Shown here piece by piece: positions 1-11,281 of a stretch of DNA of 64,000 nucleotides. Each line of letters starts with the position of its first letter. Position 1 is the first letter of the stretch. The translations under genes and the position numbers were made by a program. Below the pieces are notes generated by a model, which was given only the letters and a program-made list of their open reading frames with translations, was not told the DNA's origin and made no database searches. This DNA is from Podarcis filfolensis (lineage: Eukaryota), in assembly GCA_964270895.1 (NCBI GenBank), contig OZ185437.1; one strand, 5' to 3'.

Positions 1-533
1 ATAGATTACCCCACATTACATTTCAGACTTTCGGTTGCTGGCTGTGCCAAAGTTTTTCCATCTTACCTTATTTGGATGTGACTTTTCTCATCCTTGTGCT
101 AAATGCTAGATTTCTGAATTAGAGGAGCAGAAGGCAGAGGGAGATATCTTCCTCTCTCTTTGTCTCTTTATGTCAGTGCTATGGAGACAGCTATAACATG
201 TTCTTTATTTGCATATTTTGTTGTCGTGGTTCTAATAAGTAGAAGAGAAAACAGGAGGTGCCATTAATTTAGCTCCTCTAACTTGTTCCTTGTAACTCAA
301 GGCTCAGAGAGGCCAATGTTTTCCTTGGCAGGGAAAAGCAAGATGTCAGATTGAGCATGTCTGTTCTGAACAGAGGAATTGCATCATGGCAGACAACAAG
401 AATCTTCTTTGCTGTAGTGTCAGCTGTTCCTCCCCTCATGTGTGGACTGGTTCACATGATACACCAGGCCGGCAACATCCTGACTCACAAAACCAACCAG
501 ACCTTTGTACACATACAACAGTCCCACCATAGG

Positions 534-825
534 CTGTTCGAATCCCTGCGACAAGGTGAGCTCCCGTTTCTCAGTCCCTGCTCCTGCCTACCTAGCAGTT
601 CGAAAGCATGAAGTGCAAGTAGATAAATAGGTACCGCTCTGGCGGGAAGATAAACGGCGTTTCCGTGCGCTGCTCTGGTTCGCCAGAAGCGGCTTAGTCA
701 TGCTGGCCACATGACCCGGAAGCTGTATGCTGGTTCCCTCGGACAGTAAAGCGAGATGAGTGCCGCAACCCCAGAGTCAGTCACGACTGGACCTAATGGT
801 CAGGGGTACCTTTACCTTTACCTTA
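534..825 (+). mobile_element. Sauria SINE, 5'-truncated
   Basis: Starts at the B-box GTTCGAATCCC; body ...GGTACCGCTCTGGCGGGAAG...GGACCTAATGGTCAGGGG; (ACCTTT)n tail; reverse-complement similarity to 38434-38786. Confidence 0.92.
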
Positions 826-1646
826 CTGGAGATTAACGTCCTCGGTGAGAACCAGGTAGAAGAAGTGTACTGACCTGGGTGGTAGCCAGATGGAGATGGC
901 TGATTTGTATGGTAAGGTTAGGCTGGGAGGAGGATGGGGTGAAATATCATAACTTGATTGTAGATCTATTAGCACTCACCGCTTTCTCTCAATATTTTCT
1001 CTTATATGTTATACATTAGCACTTTAAATATAAGCCCTTTAAAATTATAAGCACTTTAGATCTTAGCACATTTTGTTGTTGTTTGTTTATTCCCTTAACT
1101 GCAGTGTTAGAATCAACATTTTTTCCTCTCCTATTTGATTTTGTTTTTGTATTCTGTGCACTTAGTCCCCAATAGGTGGGTGTTCTGTATAGAACAGAAA
1201 TGATGTTTTTGGTCCAGAGGAAGACAGGTGCTGGTGAACGATTATTTCCATGGTGACATTACTTCCATTACTTCCAGGAAAAAGAAGGTGTTGCACAGGT
1301 GGACAGAGTGTTGTGGAGAGTAGAAAGAGGGTGAGTTATATTTGAGCGCTCCCACCCTCTGGTTTCCCCATTGATAGTCAGAATTTAGTGGAGCCTGTCA
1401 GTCAGCGCTTTGGTCTGTTGGTCAATGGCAGGTTAGTCCAGAGTAAGTTAGAAATCATCCTCAATTTAGATGTGGTCTTGGCATGCAAAACTGAGACTTG
1501 TGTAGAGGCACTGGAAGGCTCTGTTTACCCAGTTTTGTCTTCCATTCACTCAATGGACATTATTGAAAGATGGAGATGTCTATAATTTTCCTGCTAAGGG
1601 CAGCGGCTGCAGCAGCAGGGGGGATCAGTTAATAAACAAGCATTGC

Positions 1647-1648
<2 letters not shown>

Positions 1649-1698
<50 letters not shown>

Positions 1699-1812
1699 TT
1701 TATTATTTATACCCCGCCCATCTGGCTGAGTTTCCCCAGCCACTCTGGGCGGCTCCCAATCAAGTATTAAAAACAATGCAGCATTAGATATTAAAAACTT
1801 CCCTAAACTTCC
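1649..1812 (-). mobile_element. LINE 3' tail (L2-like clade, uncertain) ending in a (TAA)n microsatellite
   Basis: tttataccccgcccatctggctgagtttccccagccactctgggcgg next to (TAA)16 at 1649-1696; the same tail occurs at 19759-19840. Confidence 0.65.
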
Positions 1813-2779
1813 CTATGATATTCTGAGGTGAGTGTTGTAATCAGAGGGCCTAGGACTCTCTTGGAAAGAAGAATCTGGATGCATAATGATCTGAAGAGAC
1901 TTACAATGTTTGGGCTTATTTCCAGCTCCTATTTTAGACACCACCTTGTCTTCCCAGCCTAGTATAAGACCTGGCATAGGCTTATCAGTGGCTAAACCAG
2001 GGGCATTCTGAAATACTGGCTGGGTCAGAACAATGAATCTGTCACTAACATCACAGGGAGTTGACACCTTGGGTGTGAAAGATACCTTAACCCCAGACCA
2101 AATACTGCAAAAATGTAATGTGTCCATCCAACATGAACCAAGTAACTAATTCTAATCCTGTTCCACTGTCGAAATGCTAGCCAGGGTTCCTGAAAAACAA
2201 TCATAAGCACTTTGCAACAGAATGCCTTGTGGGTTGGGGTAACTTACCTTTGCACAAAATCCCTTAACTATGGGAAAACTGTCAAAATCCCTAAAGGTTA
2301 ACCAAACAAAATTGAACATTGTGTCCAAACAAACGTGGCTAACAAAATGCCATCTGGTGCACACTGGGGAATTATGGTTATGCAAATGACATTGTGAGCA
2401 GATGGTGTCTCCAGCTTTTTTCCCATAGGGAGAACCTAAAAGAAGCTTTCCCTCTGGGCCTCCGAAAGTCATGTCCTTTTATTCAGGCAACCCTGATGAG
2501 ATTTATCGCTTGTGCAACACAGCTTCTTTCTTCCACCATATATATTCCTGTGCATCATGAAATTTGGAAAGGAACCTCAGTCATTTCTGCTGAACTTTTT
2601 CCCGAGTTTATGAGAAGAACTTCATCTAAGCATTGCTCTTTTTCTAGCAGAGATTGGCCAAACCCAATAAAAACAAAACAAACTGTAAAAATCAAGGAGG
2701 AAATAAAAATGGACTTGAATGGGCTGCATTTCTTTGGTGCTCAGTGTTCTGATGAGGGTTTTTTCTCCTTCGCTGTCAT
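1813..2779 (-). pseudogene. Possible decayed gene with a CUB-domain-like segment
   Basis: ORFs 2152..2472 and 1813..2127 share one frame (220 codons, only two adjacent stops); motifs GPEGKLLLGSPY, CTRWHF, VWLTFRDFD and GFC resemble the CUB consensus by eye. Confidence 0.3.
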
Positions 2780-2821
2780 CAGACTGCTGACCGCCAAGTA
2801 TAAAACAAATTCATGTGCCAG

Positions 2822-2831
2822 CTATTTATAG
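2822..2831. promoter_or_regulatory. MEF2 consensus (CTATTTATAG), also TATAAATA on the minus strand
   Basis: Exact CTA(A/T)4TAG match; motif only, no functional data. Confidence 0.35.
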
Positions 2832-3372
2832 CTCTGATGGGAAAAAGCAGAGTTCTGAATGTTTAGACTTTCAGCCAGACACATGCTGAGGTTTCATGCT
2901 GAAAAACAGCATGTTGATAGACGATGGCATTGGCTACGTACACATTAGCAGTTTAAAACTCAGCACAGTTGTTTCCCTCTCACTGCATTTCAGGTTGCAT
3001 TTTTACATTGTTGTACACACCAGGGAGGGAGCGGAATGTCTTCCCCTGATGAGCATTACCTGTTTGGTTTCTCCACATCTTCAACCCCTCCGAACCCTTG
3101 CTCAGTTAAGCTGTCGTCTGCACATGTGTTATCATTTGTACATGCACAACATGTGTCTCTAATGCACACAGCTCAGCTTTATTGCAGCTTACCTTTTCAA
3201 ATCAGATGGAAGCCAGTTTGGGGGAAAGTGCAATAAACAGCAATATATCTCAAGAAACTTCAGGATAGATATGGACTGTGGCTAATTTACGTGCTTGGCT
3301 TCAAATATCAGCAGTGAGAGTGCCCTGGAGCCACAGTAAACGGTAATGTGTACACAGCTTATGTGTTAACTA

Positions 3373-3623
3373 CAGTGGTACCTTGGTACTCAAATGGCTT
3401 GGCTCCTGAACAAATCAGCTCCCGAACACCACAAACCAGGAAGTGAATGTTCTGGTTTGCAAACGTTTTTCAGAAGCCGAATGTCCAAAGCAGCTTCCAT
3501 GGCTTCCAATTGAGTGCAGGAAGCTTCTGCAGCCAATCGGAAGTCGCGTCTTGGTTTTCGAACCGTTTCGGGAGTCAAATGGACTCCTGGAACGGATTAA
3601 GTTCGAGAACCAAGGCACCACTG
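3373..3623. mobile_element. pogo/Tigger-like (Tc1/mariner superfamily) MITE
   Basis: TA|CAGTGGTACCTTGGT...ACCAAGGCACCACTG terminal inverted repeats. Confidence 0.85.
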
Positions 3624-4898
3624 TTCTTTGAAGTAGTTTAGTACAAAGAGTAAAAGGCTCTTTACATAAGCTTACAACAAACAAAAGTGAGGCCAATCCA
3701 AATGGCAACCAGCTATTCTCACACACAAAAATAATAATTAAAGGGCACAATGAGGGAATAGATTTCTGCAGTCATTTGGATTATCATGAAAGGAGGCTGA
3801 ATTAGGGTGCCATGCTAAGCAATGTTAGAAACGGGGGGGGGGGGGGAGATCATTTAAATCAGAGATGGGAAACATCCAGCCCTTTGCCCCCAGGTCATGC
3901 TCCACCTTTCTTCCTGAGATTCACCAGGCATCGCTCAATACACCGGACAGGCACTCATCACTGGAGTCAGAGCAGACTCACTTTATGACACAGCTCAGAT
4001 TTTAAAATAAGCCTTTCTGTGTTAGGCCTTGGCAGGTTATGATATTCAACCAACCTTTGGATAGGGAGGATGAATTCAAATTATTTCATGCATTAAAAGA
4101 AAAAATTACAACTGGCAGTTTCTCCCAACTTAAAAACACGTCACGTGCACTTTTGAAATGACTGCCTAGCCAGCATCTATGTTGCCAGAGCTCCTGGAAG
4201 ATCTGACTGGGTTACTGTACTCAGCAGGGCCAGCAGCCTGTTTATATCAGTGGTTCTTCTCCATGAATGCCTCCTTTGAACTAAGGGTATGTCTCATCAA
4301 GGAAAAAACTAGTGTTCCAGACTTACTGGAGACCACAGAGGCTCTGCTGCAAATAGTTATATCCAACCCCCAGGTGACAGCATGCGAGACAGAAATCAGG
4401 TCCCCTTACCACGTAATGTGGAGCTGCCCAGCTGTAAGCCCCCTTTTGGATTAAGTCCTGATATTAATTTAGAGCTACAATTCCCCATAGTAGTTTAACA
4501 ATCCACACTTCTTCTATGGAAACTCTGTAAATTGTAGCTCTATGAAGGGACTAGGGGGATCTCCCAGCAACTCTCAGCACCCTTAATGAATGACAGCTCA
4601 CAGAATTCTTTGGGGAAGCCATGACTGTTTAAAGTGGGGTCAGAGTGCTTTAAACGTATGGTGTGAATATGTCTTGAGTACTAGCAAGCTCTCTACAATT
4701 GGTCGAATTATGTTCCCCCTACTCGAAATTCACCATTGGGTCATGCATGCATGATGGATAGACAAATGCATGGTGCTTTAATAATGGAAGGAGCAGCCAT
4801 CACCTTCCGTACAAAACTGAGAACATTTGGGCACCTTCTATTGTGTTCTATGCATCACAACTGACAGTTTGGTATATTCATATTTCCAACAACTTATA

Positions 4899-5129
4899 CA
4901 GTGGTACCTCGGGTTACAGACGCTTCAGGTTACAGACGCTTCAGGTTACAGACTCTGCTAACCCAGAAGTAGTACCTCGGGTTAAGAACTTTGCTTCAGG
5001 ATAAGAACAGAAATCGCGCGGCGGCAGCGGGAGACCCCATTAGCTAAAGTGGTACCTCAGGTTAAGAACAGTTTCTGGTTAAGAACGGACCTCCAGAATG
5101 AATTAAGTTCTTAACCCGAGGTACTACTG
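4899..5129. mobile_element. pogo/Tigger-like MITE
   Basis: TA|CAGTGGTACCTCGGGTTA...TAACCCGAGGTACTACTG|TA. Confidence 0.9.
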
Positions 5130-7994
5130 TATGATGAAAACTCCTTAACCCATCTCCCATATATCCTTTCCCCCCTTATTTTAACTCCTTCTATAGATCG
5201 TGTTTTGCTCAAAAGCTGCAATAAACAGTTATTTAGTCTAAAGAAAGGGGTGGCTTTGGGGTCTCGACACGCAAACAGCTATTTAGTCTAAAGAAAAGTT
5301 TTCCCATTAATATCACAATTTTTGGCTTGTGAGAAAGCTAGAGGGGGAAGTACAATGTCATCTCCGCATTCCATGATCACCTCAGTTTAGAAGTATGGGC
5401 TGCACAAGTGCTTCTCTTTGGTTTGAAGAGGCTTGATTAACGTATATTTATTTTTGCTTCTTCACTTGTCACTTTACTTCTTGCATTTACTCATGACAAT
5501 ACACAGAAGCCTCTGAAAATTCATTTCAAAGGCTATTTCTGCCTCAGCCAGAATCAAAGATGCAATAAGAAAACCTGAACTCTTCTTAACGATTATAAAA
5601 AAAAATGCTGACATTTCAAAATGCCCTATTTGCCATTCATTTCTCAACATATAACCTGCAGCAGGATTTAGTGAAAATGGCCAGACGTAAGGATGAGGCA
5701 TTACAAATGAAAATCAAATTTCCACCATGAAAGGCATGAAAACAGAATTGTGTTTGTTATAGTCGTTTGCTGGAAGCGCAAAAAATCATCAAAGCATTTC
5801 TGAGGTAAACCGAGGCTGACTAGGAGGGCACCACATTCAGAGGCCTACAGTTTTCTGGTGATTTGCCAGGCCACACTCTGAAATAGTTAGGGATCATATT
5901 GGTGAAACTGCTTTGCATTTTCACTCTTGGACTGTGTCAAATAAATATTAGAAGCAGAAATAATGTCCAGCGTTGTAAAGGTCACATTTAATGAAAGTTA
6001 GTTTCTTATCACTGCACTTCATTGTTTCTCTGTAAAATAAAGGCTCTCTCTGGTGAGGCATTCTTTTGACTGCCATGTTAGAATAAAGCAAACTACATTG
6101 AAAAGATACAGTGTTAATGTAAGCACCTTAAATAAAGAGAACAGAAAAACTTACCAGCTAGCACAATGAACGAATGACTGAGTGGTGCGGATGTAACTTC
6201 TTTTGACTTAAAGGCAGCCATTAATTTCAGTTCTAATGCAGCTGCTCTTGAGGATTGGGTGAGACTTTTAAAAAGGCAAGCAGATCAAATGTGTGCTTCA
6301 TTATAAACATCATACTGGCACGTAGAAAATCTCTGGATATGAAAGCACATTTTCACTGCAATGTGCAAAAGTGGGCTGCAAGTGTTTTTCGTAATACAAG
6401 TTCCCTGATTTGCCTGGAATAACATGATCTCTATGACAGTACATTGTAATGTGTTAAGTGGTTCAGATCTCCACATTAAATGGGAACAGTATACAAATAG
6501 GTCAAACTGAGGTACTCCCCCCCCCCCTTTGTTGCATATCCTTGCCTGCGATATGAGCAAAGGTGACACCAATATTTCACAAACCACTATATTGTAAAAA
6601 GAAACTGTATAGGCCCCGCCATGCATGCTTCAGTAAGAACTGAGTAAGGGACCTTGTAGACTATTTTATTGTGGGCTTATCCTGCAACAAGGTCTTGGCA
6701 CTGTAATAGAGCATTAGAGGTGAATTTATCCTGCTTTAGTTTGCTTCTGCAATGCTGCTCCAATGCTACCACGTTATTACTGTCTGGAAGAGCTATAGCA
6801 CAACAAAAAAATAAACCAGAATATCTGTGGTAGAGAAAGTTACAGGATTTTAGCAGGAAGTTAAGGGATACACACTGATTGGAAATGGAAAGTGTGACTG
6901 CCTCCAAACCCTTGCAGGTGCAAACAATATCAAAAGTGGGACTGTGTATGACTGCTCCGATAACATAATGACCACGTATCATAATGAATGCACCATAAAA
7001 TGTACTTCTGCAAGGGCCCCCGAAAACCAATCCATTGAACTAGTCAAACCCACAAGTTGTAGTCAAACTATGAATCCTTCAGAGGATTATTAGAATAAAG
7101 AATAATTAGTATCTCACAAATGAGCACCTCTCACGCTTTGCCAGTACTGGAATTGTGGGCAGCTGCTCAGACTAACTTTGACAAAGAAAACAAAGCCATT
7201 TAAAGCTTACCAAGTTCATCAGTAGTTCAGGAACCACAAGTAACCATCTGTTTAGTGGCAAGTATGGCTTGTTATTTTGCTGCTAGGCAAAATCCAAATG
7301 GAGTATTAAATCTCTAATTTAAACACATATGCTCCAAAGAAGTAAAAGGCACACAAAAATAATGAGAATGTATCCAAAACCAAAAATAGGCATTTCTGCT
7401 GAGGAAAGCATTGTGTTCTGGTGTTAGAAGCAAATATTCCCAGAGGTATTAAGTGTAATATAGAATGATCACACCTAATTTTTACCACCTGGATACTCTC
7501 TGTGCCCTGCTGTAATATTGCTGGGAGTTCCTGGGACCAAGATGAAGAACTTGGATCCAGAAAGGCTGAGTTAAAGTCCCTCTGCCATAATGGTTGTGTG
7601 ATCTTGAGCAAATCAGCCTCACTCTCCCATGTATAAATGGGAAACTACAGCAAGAGCAACCTAACTTACAACCCAACTTTAAATCTAAATCTTTAAAGAT
7701 TTTGAAAGCACTTTAAAAATAAGAGTGCTATAGGAATGCTTAGCAGCGGGAGTCCATAAGGCTCTGTCATTTCATAAGTGTAAGGGAAATATGTAATGTA
7801 ATAAAAGCAGAGGGGAAAGTGGGTCAATACTGAGGAGTAAAAGTATCTTTTTTAAACCTGTAATAAAAATAATCAAGAACTGTTCTTCACCCCTTCACAA
7901 TATAAATCATTTGTGATCCTGTTTGACCTTGTATTCCTTGCAGCGGTTGTTGATCCAGCCTATGTGGTTAAATAAGCAAACACATACATTTATA

Positions 7995-8195
7995 TCTCTG
8001 ACGTTTCCTCCAAGGAACCCAGGGTGGTACACATGGTTCTCTGTTCCCCTATTTTATCACCACAACCTGGTAAGCTAGGCTGAGAGAAACGGATTGGCCC
8101 AAGATCTCCCAATTAGCTTCATGGCCGAGTAGAGAACTGAACCTGGGACTTCCAGGTCCCAGTCTGACTCTAACTGCAACACTACACTGACCCAT
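7995..8195 (-). mobile_element. tRNA-derived CORE/MIR-like SINE (Squam-type), diverged
   Basis: aggctgagagaaacggattggcccaagatctcccaattagcttcatggccgag...gaacctggg pattern. Confidence 0.55.
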
Positions 8196-8201
8196 GTAAT
8201 A

Positions 8202-8816
8202 CAGTAGTACCTTGGTTCCCAAACACTGAAAACCTGGAAGTGTTCTGGTTTTCAAATGTTTTTTGGAAGCCGAACGTCCTATGTGGTTGTCGGCTATTGT
8301 TTCCGGGGTGCCTGCACCCATCAGAAGCCGCGCCTTGATTTTTGAACATTTTGGAAGTCAAATGGACTTCCAGAATGGATTAAGTTTGGCGCTTTTGGTT
8401 TTGCTATTTATTTTGCATTTTTTGATTTTTAGGCTTTTTTGGTTAATTTGTTTTTGTGACTGTGTGGAACCCAGTTTAGCTACCGACTGTGTGACTGTGG
8501 AAATGGATAAAAGCACTCCCCCCATCCAAACAATGACTAACATCAGTGCAGGTAAGAAAAAATAATAATTTTAATTTTTATCATCTACAATACTGTCTTA
8601 TTTATTTTATAGTACAGTACATTGATTATTGCTTTCATTTTATGGATCAGAGGTCTCGTTAGATAGTAAAATTCATGTTAAATTGCCGTTTTAGGGGTTG
8701 TTTTTAAAAGTCTGGAATGGATTAATCTGTTTTGCATTACTGTCTATGGGAAAGCGCGCCTTGGTTTTGGAACAGACTTCTAGAATGGATTAAGTTTGAG
8801 AACCAAGGTACCACTG
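8202..8816. mobile_element. pogo/Tigger-like non-autonomous element, long variant (615 bp)
   Basis: TA|CAGTAGTACCTTGGTT...AACCAAGGTACCACTG|TA; the left part resembles 3373-3623, plus an extra AT-rich interior. Confidence 0.85.
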
Positions 8817-8899
8817 TATGGGATTGCTCTACCTGCACCCACTCCTGCACCACTGGATGTGTGTGAAATGGGAGCTTAACTCTCACAGTTTCCCCTCAA

Positions 8900-10118
8900 A
8901 ACCATGGAAACATACCATTTTTTATTTGTAGTCTCTCGAAGAGATACAATTACCAGAATTCCACGGAAGAAATGTAGATGTTTCCTAGTGCATTTTTTCT
9001 GCTTGCAAATGAAACCATGCTCTGCCTCAATTCATCTGACCTCTTCCTAGTCTTTCTCCACACTGATTCACTCAGTATTATTTTATTCACTGGTCAACAG
9101 TATGGAATTCTTGTTGAAGGCATGAATGGTGTATTGTGCCTTATGACGTGCAAAAATTGGTATACTGAAGGAATCCAATGATTGCATGAAATGTGATGGA
9201 GAAATGGGAAAAAATAAGGGTTGTTCTGAAAGTAATGATCTGAATCTTGCAAATCATGTACGACGTAAAGTTGACACAGAACACACACCTCCATGGGATA
9301 TAAGGAATACAGTAGCAACAAAGAGAAGGGACAAGCTTTATTTCATAATTTTTTTTCCTTTTCTTTCTGCAAGCAAAACTGCTTTGATATAAAATGAGTC
9401 CAATGATACAGTGCTATCATCCACTCAAGCAAAAGAAAACCTCACGCTGACGTGAATGCAGATTATACTGGCATTCTGATACAAGTGTAATAATTCTAGA
9501 TTCCAGATGGTGTCTGGCCTTTAAAGCAATGGCACAGAAAATGCTGCAAAATATTGGAGTACTGAAGTACTGGCAAGTGCTCTTTAAGTAACTCTCTCTG
9601 TGAATTCTCTGTAGGATAATGTTTGATTAACTGCAGTATGAACTGTGTCTTCTGTTTCTTAGTATCCCTGCCACATGCCTCTTCGAGTCCACTGCGTTAG
9701 TTCAAAATGCATAATGTTGACTGTTGTCTTTTTCATTTGTATTAAGACAAAGTTATGAGGTATCCTTTACTGTTAATCTAATGATGAAGTGACAGGCCTT
9801 GTTGACTTAGGACGCAAAGACAATTGTACATTCAGTAATTGCTTTTAGTGATCTCTCTACACATTACTGCAAACAACCGTTAGTTACATTGAAAAAAAAC
9901 TTTCTCCTTTTCACATATGATATGGCATAAACGAAACAAAATTTGACAAAAATCATACACATAAAATAAACAAGACAAATACACAAATAAGGCCATCTGC
10001 AAAATTAAAAATCCAACTCTCGTAATATTTCACAATAATTTCTACAGAATATTTTACATCTTAAAAACTTAAATATTTAATGCACAGGAAAAAGGTGGTC
10101 TTGACAGAGCCGACCACA
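8900..10118 (-). other. DST: DST 3' UTR (approximate end)
   Basis: Repeat-free AT-rich sequence after the stop; minus-strand AATAAA at 9337-9342, 9082-9087 and 8921-8926; the end is inferred. Confidence 0.6.
8921..8926 (-). terminator. Probable distal polyadenylation signal (AATAAA)
   Basis: Followed on the minus strand by GT/T-rich sequence (ggtatgtttccatggtttt); repeats begin about 100 bp further on. Confidence 0.5.
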
Positions 10119-10384
10119 CTATCTCTTGGAGGACTTGTCTAATTTGCTGGCCGGCGACTTTCTTTGTGGAGTTGGAATTTTGGAAGGTTTTCCAGATGCT
10201 GAGCGAGAATTGGGTCGGGGTGTTGGCCTAATTGGGGTATGAACAGTCTCTGATACATCTGAGCACACAGACTGAATTTCTGAAATGTCAAAATCAGATG
10301 CGTCACTGCCCCGGCGGCTGCTTGCTCTGCTGCCAGCCTTGCTTCCTGCTCGACTTCCAGGTCTGCTTGGTGTTTTTCTGGTGT
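10119..10384 (-). CDS. DST: DST last coding exon ([15 protein letters not shown]...[21 protein letters not shown]); GSR repeats and SxIP motif (SKIP at 10173-10184)
   Basis: catgcag| acceptor; TAG stop at 10121-10119. Confidence 0.97.
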
Positions 10385-11157
10385 CTGCATGAGGAGGAGA
10401 AATACACCCATTGCAATTAGAGTGAGCAGGGATAACGAAGGCTGATTTTGTACTGGCATCATCAAGAGCTTCATGGTGCTCCATTATGGGCATCCAGAAG
10501 TCTACTCAAGTGAGTGCTGCTCTTTCATTACAAACCAGAAGATAAAGCTAACTGTGGCTACTGGTCATGGCAGCTTCTATCTCTGAACACTAGTGGTTGG
10601 GTTTCACTGGTAAGGAGGCTGCTGCTACACTCACATCCTGATTGTGGGCTTCCCATCCTGATTGGCCATCGTGAAAACATGATGCTGGACTGGATGGTCC
10701 TTTCGTCACATTCAGCAGGGACGTTCTGGATGCTACCCACTGGGCACATCAAGTATGCCCTGTTTCAATCCTACATGGGTACATCAGAGCCCCTCTGTTA
10801 TGTGCAGCTGGTGGATATGAGTCAAAGCAATCTACTGTTTTCAATGCCAATTATTTCCCTTTTAAAGTGCTTTGTATCACAAGTGGAACTTTTCACTCTA
10901 GCTCCTTCTGCTCTGGTATCATGAAACTCACAAGTTAGACATGATATCAATATGCAGTTCCAATTTTACATCCCACCTTCAGTGAACCAGAATTTCATCA
11001 GTACCAAGGCCTTGATTCAAAGCAGGATCTGCCACATTTCAACCTCCCAAAGAAGCAGATCCAATGCAATGTTTGTACATGCAGTAGTCTACTTTTGACT
11101 CTTTGTATTAGGTACTAGCATCCCAGAGACATTTATTCCAAGCTCTCCAGTGCTCAC

Positions 11158-11281
11158 CTGCAAAATGTGCCCTGACTCTTGTAGCTGCTGTTGAAATGAG
11201 GCTGCTGTCTTCTCCAGAATGGAAACCCTTCCCAGACAGATATCCTGGCAATCTAAGTTTACTCCCTTGTATTGGAGTCCC
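11158..11281 (-). CDS. DST: DST penultimate exon ([19 protein letters not shown]...RAHFA), 124 nt
   Basis: cctacag| and |gtgagc. Confidence 0.95.

Noticed and set aside
1563-1787. Poly-Asn / poly-Tyr ORFs
   Set aside because: Translations of the (TAA)n microsatellite.
2394-2831. 145-aa plus-strand ORF
   Set aside because: No recognisable domain; antisense to the minus-strand pseudogene candidate.
5223-5296. 24-bp direct repeat with a 26-bp spacer (CRISPR-like look)
   Set aside because: Only two copies, vertebrate context and no cas genes; a local duplication or TSD-like event.
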